The notes: generated by a model from the sequence alone, not told the origin. A stretch of DNA of 64,000 bases from Candidatus Limnocylindria bacterium (GCA_038207785.1 JBBQZK010000004.1:3095-67094); one strand, 5' to 3'; shown: positions 19,976 through 33,144, counted from the first letter of the stretch. Made by a program: numbers and translations.

Positions 19976-20496
19976 GTTCTGGCGTGCTCCTTGTGCTGTG
20001 CTTCGGCTTCGACCGCCGCGCGTACGCGCGCAAAGGCCTCGTCGGTCCGCGAGTAGCGCCGCTCGAGCTCGGCGCGGCGCTCATCGGGCATGCGCAGGAA
20101 CAGCGCTGTCGCCTCGGCGAGCACCTCGCCGTCGTCGGCGCGGGCCACGGTGCCGCTGGTCTCGATGCCGCGGCCGCGGTCCCGGAGGACCGTTCCGGTG
20201 ACGACGAGCTCCTCGCCAACGGGCACGGGCCGCTTGAAGGTGACGTTGATCTTCGCGGTCACGCCCCACACACCCTGATGGAAGATCGCCCAGCCCATCG
20301 TCTCATCGAGCAACGCCGTGACGACGCCACCGTGCAGCGTGCCGTCGTAGCCCTGGTGGCGCCGGTCGGCGGTGTACCGGGCCGTCGCGCGATCCGTGGA
20401 GACGTCGAAGTCCAGCTGCAGGCCGGTCGGATTGAGGCGGCCGCAGGCGAAGCACCAGTGCTCGAAGTCGACGCCCAGATCCAGCAGTCGCGCCAC
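19972..20496 (-). CDS. PaaI-family hotdog-fold acyl-CoA thioesterase
   Basis: 174 aa with an N-terminal HWCFACGRLNPTGLQL motif and a hotdog core (GTLHGGVVTALLDETMGWA). Its stop overlaps the gyrA start and its start abuts the gyrB stop. Confidence 0.7.
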   Translation of the reverse strand: MARLLDLGVDFEHWCFACGRLNPTGLQLDFDVSTDRATARYTADRRHQGYDGTLHGGVVTALLDETMGWAIFHQGVWGVTAKINVTFKRPVPVGEELVVTGTVLRDRGRGIETSGTVARADDGEVLAEATALFLRMPDERRAELERRYSRTDEAFARVRAAVEAEAQHKEHART

Positions 20497-23493
<2,997 letters not shown>

Positions 23494-23494
<1 letters not shown>

Positions 23495-24288
23495 TACGCC
23501 CCCACTCCGCCGAGGGCGATCGGGACCCGCGAGGCCAGGCGCATCGAGATCTCCTGGGCCAGATCGCCGTAGGCCTGCGCGGCGCGCGACCCGGGGTCGT
23601 AGACGTTGATCGGCTGACCGTGACTGGGCGCCTCGGCGAGACGCACGGCCCGCGGAATTCGCACGCGCGCGACGAGCTGCGGGAAGTGGCGGATGACCTC
23701 CTCGGTCACCTGCATCGAGAGCCGGTTCCGGCGGTCCTCCATCGTCAGGACGATCGCGAGCACCTCGAGCTTGGCGTTCAGGCGGATTCGGACAGCATCG
23801 ATCGTCGACAAGAGCTGCGCGAGGCCTTCGAGCGCGTAGTACTCGCATTGGACGGGCACGAGCACCGCGTCCGCGGCAGCGAGCGCATTGACGGTCAAGA
23901 GCCCAAGCGACGGTGGACAGTCAATGAGGACGGTGTCGTAGCTCGCGCCCTCGCGGCCCAGCGCCTCGCGGAGGCGGAATTCACGGGCCATCAATGGCAC
24001 GAGCTCGACCTCGGCCCCAGCCATCTCCGGAGACGACGGCAGTAGATCGAAGCCTGCCATCGCGGTCGGCTGGACCGCCTCGCCAAGCGGCTCATCCCGA
24101 ACCAGGACGCCATAAATGGAGTGCGGCTGATCCTTGCTGACGCCCAGGCCGCTGGTCGCGTTGCCCTGCGGATCCAAGTCTATCAACAGGACGCGCGAGC
24201 CCTTTTCGACGAGCGCGGCAGCCAGGCTGATGGCAGTCGTCGTCTTCCCCACTCCACCTTTTTGGTTACTGATTGCGAGCACATTCAT
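23494..24288 (-). CDS. parA: Chromosome partitioning ATPase ParA (Soj)
   Basis: 264 aa starting MNVLAISNQKGGVGKTTTAISLAAAL with a deviant Walker A, plus LIDLDPQGNAT and the other conserved blocks. It forms the 3' end of listed ORF 23494..24948. Confidence 0.9.
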
Positions 24289-24290
24289 GG

Positions 24291-24306
24291 CGTGACAAAC
24301 GTGAAA
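24291..24306. promoter_or_regulatory. Degenerate parS-like site immediately upstream of parA
   Basis: tgacaaACGTGAAACA matches the parS consensus TGTTTCACGTGAAACA at 12 of 16 positions, with a perfect right half-site. The coordinates carry a ±2-nt uncertainty. Confidence 0.3.
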
Positions 24307-24414
24307 CATTGGATGCAGGGGCGACCCGAGGATGTCGTGTTGTGCCCCACTGGAGACGTTTATTGTACCCGAAGTGGTGCGCAAACCGAAGTCACGACTG
24401 GCTGCGTAAGAGCA

Positions 24415-25020
24415 TTGGCGTTGACTCTCGCTGCGTTGGCTGCATTGGCGAGCTACCTGGTCGGGAGCATCCCGAGCGCGCTCATCGCCGCTCGATTGGC
24501 CGGTCGACCGGACCCCCGGACCGTCGGAACGCGGAACGCCGGATCTACGAACGTGGCCCTGACGGTCGGTCCCCGTGCCGGCATCGCCGTGCTCGTCGCG
24601 GACCTGCTGAAGGGGGTGATGTGTGGATTGGCCGGGCTCATCATCGGCGGAGATCTCCTCGGCGATACCTGCGCACTGCTCGCGATCATCGGCCAGATCG
24701 CGCCGGTCTTCGCGGGCTTTCGGGGTGGGAAAGGAGCTGCGACGACGCTCGGTGGCTACATCGGCGTCGCGCCGGCGCTTGCAGTCATCGGTCTGGTGAC
24801 CTGGGGCTTCGGCCTGCTGCTCATCCGGCGCGCGGTGCTGAGCACGGTGACCGCGATCCTGGCGCTTGGCGTCGTGACGGTGCTGCTCCAGCAGCACCTG
24901 GCCTTCGGCATCGGCGCGGGCCTCCTCACGCTCGTCGCCCATCGGCACGACCTCGCGGCGTGGCGGCGCGGCGAAATGCCGAACATTCGCCAGGCCCTGC
25001 GGGATAATCGACGCGAGTGA
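24415..25020 (+). CDS. plsY: Glycerol-3-phosphate acyltransferase PlsY
   Basis: Only the 3' 201 codons of ORF 24121..25020 are credible because the 5' part is antisense to parA. TTG start at 24415. PlsY motifs include ASYLVGSIPSALIAARL, RTVGTRNAGSTNV and FAGFRGGKGAATTLG. Confidence 0.75.
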   Translation: MALTLAALAALASYLVGSIPSALIAARLAGRPDPRTVGTRNAGSTNVALTVGPRAGIAVLVADLLKGVMCGLAGLIIGGDLLGDTCALLAIIGQIAPVFAGFRGGKGAATTLGGYIGVAPALAVIGLVTWGFGLLLIRRAVLSTVTAILALGVVTVLLQQHLAFGIGAGLLTLVAHRHDLAAWRRGEMPNIRQALRDNRRE

Positions 25021-26180
25021 TGGCCATGCACACCCCGCGCTGGAGCCCCACGACGAAACGGATGGTCGTCGTGCTGCTGTTCGTCGCGGCGATCTTCCTG
25101 ATCTTCCGCGCCGGCGACATCGTGCGCCCGTTCCTGTGGGCCGCGATCCTCGGCTACATCCTGTTGCCGGTCGTGCGCGCGATGGAGCGGCGCGTCACGA
25201 ACCACCGCGGATTCGCGGCCGCCATCGTGTTCGTCGCGGTGCTGCTCGTCATCGCGGGCGGGGTCCGGTTTCTCGCGCCGCTCGCCGTCGAGCAGGCCCA
25301 GACCTTCCAGCGCACGCTGCCAACGTTGATCGCGAACGCGCAGAACACCCTCGCCGAGACGCTCGATCAGATGGGCGCCGAGGATCTCGTGCCCATCGTC
25401 TTCGGCCCGGTCGCCACCGCGCCGCTCGAAGTGAGCCGGGGCGTGGCCAACCTGGCGGTGCCGTTCATCGTCGGGTTCTCCCACTTTTTGCTCGAATTCC
25501 TGGTCTTCCTGATCGGAACGTTCTTCTTCCTCCGCGATTGGCCGCGGCTCATCAACTGGGTGAAGGGCCAGATCCCGCCTGCGTCCCGCCACGAGCTCCT
25601 GCCGCTCGGGGACCAGGTGAGCATCCTGCTCAGCCGGTACGTCCGCGGACAGCTCCTCCTGGTCATCATCATGTCCGCCGCAACCACAATTGGTCTCACC
25701 TTCTTTGGTGTGCCGTTCAGCCTGCTGCTCGGCCTCGTCACCGGCGTCCTCGAGGTGATCCCGATCATCGGCCCGATCACGGCCGGTGCGATCGCGTGCC
25801 TCGTGGCCCTCGGCCACCCGAACCCATTCGGCATGTCACAGCTGGTCTACGTCGGCGCGATCGCGATCATGTACACGGTCCTGCGGCACGCCGAGGACTA
25901 CTTCGTCATCCCGCTCGTCATCGGTCGGATCGTGAAGCTGCACCCGGCCCTCGTCATCTTCTCGCTGCTGTCGGGCGGCGCGGTCTTCGGGCTCATCGGC
26001 GTCGTCCTGGCGGTGCCCGTCGCCGCGACATTGCGCCTCGTCCTCATCTACGTGAGCGCAAAGCTCCGCGACGCCGATCCGTTCCCGCGCCTCGAGGAGG
26101 AGCTGGCCGAGGAGGGGGAGCGACCTCCGGCCATCGAGCCCGCTCCGGTCCGAACGCTCGATTTCCGGCCGCGCTCGTAG
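25017..26180 (+). CDS. AI-2E family transporter (PerM/YhhT/UPF0118)
   Basis: 387 aa with 8 TM helices and characteristic loops (FLRDWPRLINWVKG, EVIPIIGPITAG). Overlaps the plsY stop. Confidence 0.8.
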   Translation: MMAMHTPRWSPTTKRMVVVLLFVAAIFLIFRAGDIVRPFLWAAILGYILLPVVRAMERRVTNHRGFAAAIVFVAVLLVIAGGVRFLAPLAVEQAQTFQRTLPTLIANAQNTLAETLDQMGAEDLVPIVFGPVATAPLEVSRGVANLAVPFIVGFSHFLLEFLVFLIGTFFFLRDWPRLINWVKGQIPPASRHELLPLGDQVSILLSRYVRGQLLLVIIMSAATTIGLTFFGVPFSLLLGLVTGVLEVIPIIGPITAGAIACLVALGHPNPFGMSQLVYVGAIAIMYTVLRHAEDYFVIPLVIGRIVKLHPALVIFSLLSGGAVFGLIGVVLAVPVAATLRLVLIYVSAKLRDADPFPRLEEELAEEGERPPAIEPAPVRTLDFRPRS

Positions 26181-26222
26181 GGGCCGCGCGAGCGGCGCGC
26201 GCCTCGCCATGAGGGGGGCCCC

Positions 26223-26723
26223 GTGCGCATCGCGCTCGCGATAGCCATCCCGCTGGCGGCGGCCCTGCTCCAAAGCGCGGTCGTCCCGTTCATCTCCGTC
26301 GGTGGCGCCCGGCCGAATCTGCCGTTCCTCGCCGCCGGATCCTGGTCGCTGGCCGCCGGAGCGGGTGAGGGCGTGTGGTGGGCGTTCATCGGCGGGCTCG
26401 CGGCCGATCTCCTCTCGGGTGGGCCGCTCGGCGCGTTCGCCGTGGCGGCACTCCCGCCGGTCGCGGTCATCGGGCTCGGTGAGCGCCCCGCGGCGCGGCC
26501 GATCCCGGTGATCCTGGGCGCATCGTTCGTGACCGCTGCTGCGTTCGTATCCGGGGTGCTCTACATGGTCGCGCTCGCCATCTCCGGGACCGCGGTGCCC
26601 GAGGTCGGCGCCCTCGCCGTCCAGATCGGCGGCGGGGCGATCTTCACCGGCGCGCTGTCGATCGCTACCTATCCGCTCGCGCGTTGGATCGTTCGCCACA
26701 CCGAGAAGCAGGCATCCTTTTGA
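26223..26723 (+). CDS. mreD: Rod-shape-determining protein MreD
   Basis: 166-aa polytopic membrane protein directly upstream of, and overlapping (TGATG), the PBP2 gene. Glycine-rich helices typical of MreD. Confidence 0.65.
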   Translation: MRIALAIAIPLAAALLQSAVVPFISVGGARPNLPFLAAGSWSLAAGAGEGVWWAFIGGLAADLLSGGPLGAFAVAALPPVAVIGLGERPAARPIPVILGASFVTAAAFVSGVLYMVALAISGTAVPEVGALAVQIGGGAIFTGALSIATYPLARWIVRHTEKQASF

Positions 26724-28630
26724 TGGTGAAGACCCAAGCCAAGCCGCGCGCCTTCGTGCGCCCGTACCGGTTCATCGCGGTCGGTGTCGTCGTGGCGTTC
26801 CTCATCTCGGTCCTGACGGTGCGGTTATGGGACCTCCAGGTCGTCCAGGGCGCCCATTACCGGAGCCTGGCCGAGGAGAACCGGCTGTTGCGCCTGCCGG
26901 TGCCCGCCGACCGCGGCATCATCGTCGACCGCAACGGCAAGATCCTCGTCCGGAACATCCCCGGCTTCGCGGTGAGCGTCGTCCCGGTGGACCTGCCGAA
27001 GGCCCGCCAGGCCGCCGTCGTGCTGCGGATCGCGCAGCTCGTCGGCCGCGACGGCGCCGAGGCGATGCAGGCCGTCGCCGATCAGCGGGCCCGCAACCCG
27101 TACGAGCCGGTGAAGATCTCGACGAAGCCGGTATCGCGGGACGTCGCGCTGCTCCTCACGGAGCGCGCCGACGCATACCCGGGGATGCGCATCGACGCGG
27201 AGTCGATCCGGCAGTACGTGGAAGGGCCGTTGTACTCGCCGATCATCGGGTACACCGGGCCGATCACCGGGGACGAGCTCACGGACCTGCGGGCCCAGGG
27301 GTACCTGCCGACGGATCAGATCGGGCGCACCGGCCTCGAGTGGGAGTACGAGCAGTACCTGCGTGGCACGTACGGGTGGCGCGAGATCGAGCGCGACGCC
27401 TCGCAACGGGAGATCAAGACGCTCGCGCAAACGCCGCCCCAGCCCGGCGGCAACGTGGTCCTCACGATCGACGATCGGCTGCAGCACATCCTCGCGACCG
27501 AGCTCGAGGCCGGCGTGGCCACCGACAAGTTCACGCAGGGCGTCGCCGTCGCCATGAACCCCCAGAACGGCGACGTGCTCGCGATGGTCTCGACGCCCGC
27601 GTACGACAACAACATGTTCGTCCGCGGGATCACCCAGGCCGAGCTCGACAAGCTCAACAATGACGACCGCCATCCGCTCGTGAACAAGGCGGTGGGGGAG
27701 ATCTACCCACCCGGCTCGACCTTCAAGATGGTGACCGGCCTGTCGGCCCTGACCGCGGGGACCGCGACGCGCAACACGATCGTCAACGTCACGTCCAATG
27801 TGATCAGCGTGTCGGGCTTCAACTTCTACGACTGGCGCGCGCACGGCACGCTCGACTTCGTCAACGGGTTCGCGCACTCGAGCGACATCTACTTCTACTC
27901 GCTGGCCGGTGGATCGGGCATGAGCAGCGTCCAGGGCGTCGGCCCCGAGGCGATCGCCAAGTACGGCCGGATGCTCGGCTTCGGCGCACCCACCGGTATC
28001 GACCTTCCGGGCGAGGCGGCCGGGATCATGCCCGATCCCGAATGGAAGCAGCGCACCTTCGACGAGCCGTGGACGATCGGCAACACGTATCACGAGTCGA
28101 TCGGTCAGGGCTACGTGGCGGTCACCCCGCTCCAGCTCCTGAACGCATACGCCTCGGTCGCGAACGGCGGCACGGTGTTCGCCCCGCACCTCCTGAAGGA
28201 GGTCGATGACGCCCAGGGCAAGCCGACCTTCGTGAAGACACCGCAGGTCGTCCGCAAGCTCGAAATGAAGCCCGACGACCTCCGGCTCATCCGCGAGTCT
28301 GCGCGTCGGGTCGTCACGATCGGGCACGCCTACATGCCCGGCCTGAAGCTCCCGATCGCGGGGAAGACCGGCACGGCCGAGTTCGGCTCGTCCACCGGGA
28401 AGGACAGCGCCGGGCGCAACCTGCTCGGCTTCCACAACTGGTTCGTGTCGTTCATGCCGAAGCAGGACAACACCGACCCGACGGCCGAGATCGCGATGGT
28501 CATCTTCACCTTCAACTCGAGCAAGAGCGTGTGTGACTCGTGCATCAACCCGGCGGTGACGATGACCCAGAAGGTGTACGAGAGCTACTTCGGCAAGGAC
28601 CCCGCGAACAAGGCGGTGACGACGCCGTGA
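26723..28630 (+). CDS. mrdA: Penicillin-binding protein 2 (elongasome transpeptidase)
   Basis: ATG at 26723 (MVKTQAKPRAF) with a TM anchor, a PBP dimerisation domain and a transpeptidase domain carrying STFK, SSD(I) and KTG motifs (PPGSTFKMV, HSSDIYF, IAGKTGTAE). Confidence 0.9.
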   Translation: MVKTQAKPRAFVRPYRFIAVGVVVAFLISVLTVRLWDLQVVQGAHYRSLAEENRLLRLPVPADRGIIVDRNGKILVRNIPGFAVSVVPVDLPKARQAAVVLRIAQLVGRDGAEAMQAVADQRARNPYEPVKISTKPVSRDVALLLTERADAYPGMRIDAESIRQYVEGPLYSPIIGYTGPITGDELTDLRAQGYLPTDQIGRTGLEWEYEQYLRGTYGWREIERDASQREIKTLAQTPPQPGGNVVLTIDDRLQHILATELEAGVATDKFTQGVAVAMNPQNGDVLAMVSTPAYDNNMFVRGITQAELDKLNNDDRHPLVNKAVGEIYPPGSTFKMVTGLSALTAGTATRNTIVNVTSNVISVSGFNFYDWRAHGTLDFVNGFAHSSDIYFYSLAGGSGMSSVQGVGPEAIAKYGRMLGFGAPTGIDLPGEAAGIMPDPEWKQRTFDEPWTIGNTYHESIGQGYVAVTPLQLLNAYASVANGGTVFAPHLLKEVDDAQGKPTFVKTPQVVRKLEMKPDDLRLIRESARRVVTIGHAYMPGLKLPIAGKTGTAEFGSSTGKDSAGRNLLGFHNWFVSFMPKQDNTDPTAEIAMVIFTFNSSKSVCDSCINPAVTMTQKVYESYFGKDPANKAVTTP

Positions 28631-29787
28631 GCGTCGGCTCGCTCCAGCTGTCGCGCGCCGCGTCGCCGCTGCACGACAAGCCGACCTTCCGGCGACTGGA
28701 CCTGGTGGACCCGTACCTGCTCATCGCCACGCTGCTGCTGATGGCCTACGGCCTGGTGATCACGTACTCGACGTCGTTCGAGGATGTCGCGGCCGGCGAT
28801 CCGATGCAGTTCGTACTGCGTGGCGCGATCTTCACCGTGCTCGGGATCGTGATGATGGTCGCCGTGGCGTACCTCGACTACGCGTGGTTCGGGACGTTCG
28901 CGCCGCTGCTGTACCTGCTCACGCTCGGGCTGCTCGTGCTCGTGCTCGTCATCGGGCACAGCGTCCTGGGCGGGCAGCGCTGGATCACGATCGCCGGGCA
29001 GAAATTCCAGGTGAGCGAGTTCGCGAAGATCCTGATGATCGTCGTGCTCGCCAAATACTTCGCGGACCGTCACGACCGGATGGGCTCGCCCCTCGTCGTG
29101 GGCGGCGCGCTCCTCCTCCTTGGGCCGGCCTTCGCACTCGTCTATCGCCAGCCCGACCTCGGCACGAGCCTGGTCTTCGTCGGGATCTTCTTCGGGATGG
29201 CGTACCTCGCGGGCGCGCGGCCCTGGCAGCTCGCGTCGCTCGTCGCCGTCGCGATCGCCGCGTTCCCGCTCATCTGGGGATTCCTGCAGGGGTACCAGAA
29301 GTCCCGGCTCACGGCGTTCCTCGATCCGTATGCCGATCCGCAGGGCGCCGGCTGGAACATCATCCAATCGCTCATCGCCATCGGCTCCGGCCAGGCGACA
29401 GGCAAGGGCCTCACCGCGGGCACCCAATCCCCGCTCGGCTATCTGCCCATCGCCGAATCGGACTTCGTGTTCGCCGGACTGGCCGAGGACCTCGGCTTCC
29501 TCGGCGCCGTGATCCTGTTCGCGCTGTATGTGCTGCTGCTGGTGGCCACGCTTCGCATCGGCTTCCGCGCGCGCGATCCGTTCGGGACGTTCATCGCCGC
29601 GGGCGTGTTCTCGATGCTCTCGTTCCAGCTCGTGGTGAACGTTGGCATGGCGATGAGCCTCATGCCCGTCACCGGGATCCCGCTGCCGTTCATCTCGCAC
29701 GGCGGGTCGTCGCTGCTGTCGGTCTGTATGGCGCTCGGCATGCTGCAGTCGATCTCGATGCGTCGAGATGCGAGCCGCCTCCGCTGA
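28627..29787 (+). CDS. rodA: Peptidoglycan glycosyltransferase RodA (SEDS family)
   Basis: GTG start overlaps the mrdA stop (GTGA). Ten TM helices and SEDS motifs (QPDLGTSLVF, NIIQSLIAIGSGQATGKG, IAESDFVFA, PLPFISHGGSS). Confidence 0.9.
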   Translation: MSVGSLQLSRAASPLHDKPTFRRLDLVDPYLLIATLLLMAYGLVITYSTSFEDVAAGDPMQFVLRGAIFTVLGIVMMVAVAYLDYAWFGTFAPLLYLLTLGLLVLVLVIGHSVLGGQRWITIAGQKFQVSEFAKILMIVVLAKYFADRHDRMGSPLVVGGALLLLGPAFALVYRQPDLGTSLVFVGIFFGMAYLAGARPWQLASLVAVAIAAFPLIWGFLQGYQKSRLTAFLDPYADPQGAGWNIIQSLIAIGSGQATGKGLTAGTQSPLGYLPIAESDFVFAGLAEDLGFLGAVILFALYVLLLVATLRIGFRARDPFGTFIAAGVFSMLSFQLVVNVGMAMSLMPVTGIPLPFISHGGSSLLSVCMALGMLQSISMRRDASRLR

Positions 29788-29999
29788 CGGGCTCGAGCCG
29801 CATATACTTGGCCCTTCAACGGCTACGAACGGGAGCAGTAACCGCGTGACCATCGCCAAGCGAGCCGGCGGCTGGTGCGAGCCGGTGCGATGGGGGCGGC
29901 GAACTCGCCCGGGAGCCGCGATCGTGAAGCCGCTCTGACGACGGGCGCTAGCGATCGCCGGGGTCACGACCCGTTATCACCGTGCTCGAGCGGAGACTC

Positions 30000-30073
<74 letters not shown>

Positions 30074-30116
30074 GCACCCGGAATACGAGTCTCAACTGAG
30101 GTGGTACCGCGGAATG

Positions 30117-30155
30117 GCCTTCCGTCCTCTTCCAGGACGAGGGCCGTTTGATTTT
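30117..30155 (+). terminator. Rho-independent terminator after tRNA-Ala
   Basis: Hairpin GGCCttcCGTCCTcttccAGGACGaggGCC followed by GTTTGATTTT. It lies upstream of the leuS RBS. Confidence 0.5.
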
Positions 30156-30173
30156 CCGGAAGGAGGTGCCGCG

Positions 30174-32639
30174 GTGACCAGCGGAACGAGCGGGACGAGC
30201 AAGACCGAGCGCTACACGCCCTCGGCCATCGAGCCGAAGTGGCAGGCGCAGTGGGCATCGACGGGCCTCCACGACACGCCGGACGAAAGCGACAGGCCGA
30301 ACTTCTACTTCCTGACCGCGTTCCCGTACCCGTCGGGCGATGTGCACGTCGGTCACTGGTACGCCTACGCCCCGGCGGACTGCGCGGCGCGGTTCATCCG
30401 GATGCGTGGCCGGAACGTCCTGTTCCCGATGGGCTTCGACGCGTTCGGGATCAACGCCGAGAACGCCGCCATCGACCGCAACATGCATCCCGCGGCGTGG
30501 ACCGAGCAGAACATGGCCCAGATGCGCGACCAGTTCGTGCGGATGGGCGCGATGATCGATTGGCGCCGCGAGGTCATCACCTGTTACCCCGAGTACTACC
30601 GCTGGAACCAGTGGATGTTCCTGAAGTTCCTCGAGAAGGGCCTGGCGTACCGCGCGACGGCGCCGGTGAACTGGTGCCCGCGGGACGAGACCGTGCTCGC
30701 GAACGAGCAGGTCATCAACGGCCGCTGCGAGCGGTGCGAGACCCTCGTCGTGAAGAAGGACCTGACGCAGTGGTTCTACAAGATCACCGACTACGCCGAC
30801 GAGCTGCTGCGGTTCGACGGCCTGGACTGGCCGGAGCGGGTCCGTGTCATGCAGCAGAACTGGATCGGCCGCTCGGAAGGCGCGGAGATCCAGTTCCCGG
30901 TGGAGGGGCAGCGCGACGCGGCGGTGCGGTTCTTCACCACGCGCCCGGACACGATCTACGGCGCGACGTTCATGGTCCTGGCGCCGGAGCATCCGCTCGT
31001 CGCCACGATCACGACGCCGGCGCAGAAGGTCGCGGTCGAGGCGTATGTGGCGAACGCGAAGAACGAGTCGGAGATCGATCGCACGAGCGCGGAGCGGCCG
31101 AAGACCGGCGTCGAGACCGGCGCCTTCGCGATGAACGTGTTCTCCGGCCAGCGCATCCCGATCTGGATCGCCGACTACGTGCTCGCGACCTACGGCACCG
31201 GCGCGATCATGGCCGTGCCGGCGCACGACGAGCGTGACTTCGCCTTCGCGAAGCAGTACGGGCTGCCGATCAAGGAGGTGATCTCCGCCGACGCGGGGGC
31301 CGGGGCCCCCGGGAGCGAAGCGACCGAGCACGGACCCCTGGAGTCCGCGTTCACCGGCGACGGGATCATGGTGCGGAGCGGTCCGTATAACGGCACGCGG
31401 AGCGACGTCGGCAAGCGGACCATCGCCGCCGAGGCGAAGAAGACCGGCATCGGGAAGCCGAGCGTCACGTACCGGCTGCGGGACTGGCTGGTCTCGCGCC
31501 AGCGCTATTGGGGCACCCCGATCCCGGTCGTCTACTGCGACGCCGACGGCATCGTGCCGGTGCCCGAGTCGCAGCTGCCGGTCGTGCTGCCGCGCGACGC
31601 CCAGTTCACCGGTCGAGGCGGCTCCCCACTGGCGAAGCTGCCGTCCTTCGTCGACACGACATGCCCGACGTGCGGCAAGCCCGCGAAGCGCGAGACGGAC
31701 ACCATGGACACGTTCGTCGACTCGTCCTGGTACATGTACCGCTACCTCGACACGAAGATCGATACGCATTTCATGAACGTCGACGTCGGCAAGCGGTGGC
31801 TGCCCGTCGATCGCTACACGATCGGCATCGAGCACGCGATCCTGCACCTGCTCTACTGCCGCTTCGTCTGCAAGGCGCTGCGCGATCTGGGCTACCTGTG
31901 GTTCGACGAGCCGATCAGGCACCTGCGCAACCAGGGGACGATCGTGTTCAAGGGCCGGAAGATGTCGAAGTCGCGCGGCAACGTGCAGGCGCCGGACGAG
32001 TACGTGGCGCGCTACGGAGCCGACACCGTCCGCCTGTTCGTGATGTTCATGGGGCCCTGGACCGAGGGGAACGACTGGGACGCCGCGGGCATCGAAGGGA
32101 CCGCACGCTTCCTGCACCGGGTGTGGACGCTGGGGCTGTCCGCGCCGTCGGGCGGCGGCGCGCGGGACGCGGAGCTCGACCGCGCCGTCCAGCGGACGAT
32201 CAAGAAGGTGACCGAGGACCTCGAGGGGTATCACTTCAACACCGCGGTCGCCGCGATGATGGAGCTTTCGACCGCCGCGTTCCACGCCAGCGGTCCGAGC
32301 CGCGATGCCGCGATCGACGCGCTCGTCCTGCTGCTCGCGCCGTTCGCGCCGCATATCACCGAGGAGCTGTGGCAGCGCCGGGGCGGACAGGGGTCCGTGC
32401 ATCGGCAGACGTGGCCGGCGTTCGATCCGGCCGTGGCACGCGACGTCGCGGTGACCATCGTCGCGCAGGTGAACGGCAAGGTCCGCGACCGGCTGGAGCT
32501 GGCCGCCGGGCTGAGCGAGGACGCGCTGAAGCAGGCCGCGCTCGCGAGCCCGAAGGTCGCGCAGGCCATCGCCGGCCTGCGCGTCGAGCGGGTCATCGTG
32601 GTCGCCGATAGGCTCGTGAACGTGGTGACCACTTCGTGA
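30174..32639 (+). CDS. leuS: Leucine--tRNA ligase
   Basis: GTG at 30174 preceded by GGAAGGAGG (7-nt spacer). Motifs include YPSGDVHVGHWYAY (HIGH-class), MGFDAFG, RQRYWGTPIP and KMSKSRGN. The listed ORF start at 30036 lies inside the tRNA. Confidence 0.9.
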   Translation: MTSGTSGTSKTERYTPSAIEPKWQAQWASTGLHDTPDESDRPNFYFLTAFPYPSGDVHVGHWYAYAPADCAARFIRMRGRNVLFPMGFDAFGINAENAAIDRNMHPAAWTEQNMAQMRDQFVRMGAMIDWRREVITCYPEYYRWNQWMFLKFLEKGLAYRATAPVNWCPRDETVLANEQVINGRCERCETLVVKKDLTQWFYKITDYADELLRFDGLDWPERVRVMQQNWIGRSEGAEIQFPVEGQRDAAVRFFTTRPDTIYGATFMVLAPEHPLVATITTPAQKVAVEAYVANAKNESEIDRTSAERPKTGVETGAFAMNVFSGQRIPIWIADYVLATYGTGAIMAVPAHDERDFAFAKQYGLPIKEVISADAGAGAPGSEATEHGPLESAFTGDGIMVRSGPYNGTRSDVGKRTIAAEAKKTGIGKPSVTYRLRDWLVSRQRYWGTPIPVVYCDADGIVPVPESQLPVVLPRDAQFTGRGGSPLAKLPSFVDTTCPTCGKPAKRETDTMDTFVDSSWYMYRYLDTKIDTHFMNVDVGKRWLPVDRYTIGIEHAILHLLYCRFVCKALRDLGYLWFDEPIRHLRNQGTIVFKGRKMSKSRGNVQAPDEYVARYGADTVRLFVMFMGPWTEGNDWDAAGIEGTARFLHRVWTLGLSAPSGGGARDAELDRAVQRTIKKVTEDLEGYHFNTAVAAMMELSTAAFHASGPSRDAAIDALVLLLAPFAPHITEELWQRRGGQGSVHRQTWPAFDPAVARDVAVTIVAQVNGKVRDRLELAAGLSEDALKQAALASPKVAQAIAGLRVERVIVVADRLVNVVTTS

Positions 32640-33046
32640 CGCCCCCGGAGATCCGGCTCGCGGCGCTCTGCGACCACGCGCTCGTCGGGCAGGACGGCAA
32701 GGTGAGCATCCTTGGGGTCTTCCGCAATATCAGCGTGACCGGGCTGCCGGCCCAGCATCCACGCATGTTCCTTGTCGCCATCCTCAGCCTCGACGCCGGC
32801 ACGCATGCCGTCGTGGTCCGCCTCCGCAAGCCCGACGGCGGACAGGCGATGCCGAACGCCCCGGAGATCTCGGTGAACGCCCTTGCGGGCCAGGACGTGA
32901 ACGTCATCGTGGAGCTCAACAACCTGAGCTTCGCGACCTACGGCACCCATCGCTTCGACCTCGAGGTCGATGGCGAGGCGGCCGGCACGCTGCCCGTATC
33001 CATCGTCCAGATGGCGCCCTCGCAACAGGGGCGGCGCGCGAACTAG
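32636..33046 (+). CDS. Hypothetical protein (136 aa)
   Basis: GTG overlaps the leuS stop (GTGA). The product is non-repetitive and globular-looking (ALCDHALVGQDGKVSILGVFRNI...FDLEVDGEAAGTLPVSIV). No recognisable family. Confidence 0.5.
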   Translation: MTPPEIRLAALCDHALVGQDGKVSILGVFRNISVTGLPAQHPRMFLVAILSLDAGTHAVVVRLRKPDGGQAMPNAPEISVNALAGQDVNVIVELNNLSFATYGTHRFDLEVDGEAAGTLPVSIVQMAPSQQGRRAN

Positions 33047-33144
33047 GTCGCGCGGCCGCTGACCCCGTGTGGGTCACGGTGGACCTGTGCCGGGGCCGAA
33101 CGGCCATCTGGTCGCGGACGGGCTGACCTGCGCACCGTGGCCCC

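Noticed and set aside
24121-24414. 5' 98 codons of listed ORF 24121..25020
   Set aside because: They overlap parA on the opposite strand. Only the 3' portion (PlsY, from TTG 24415) is homologous to a known protein.
30074-30173. T-box or other leader riboswitch upstream of leuS
   Set aside because: Only about 100 nt are available, where T-box leaders need about 200-300. The hairpin plus U-tract is adequately explained as the terminator of the tRNA-Ala transcript.
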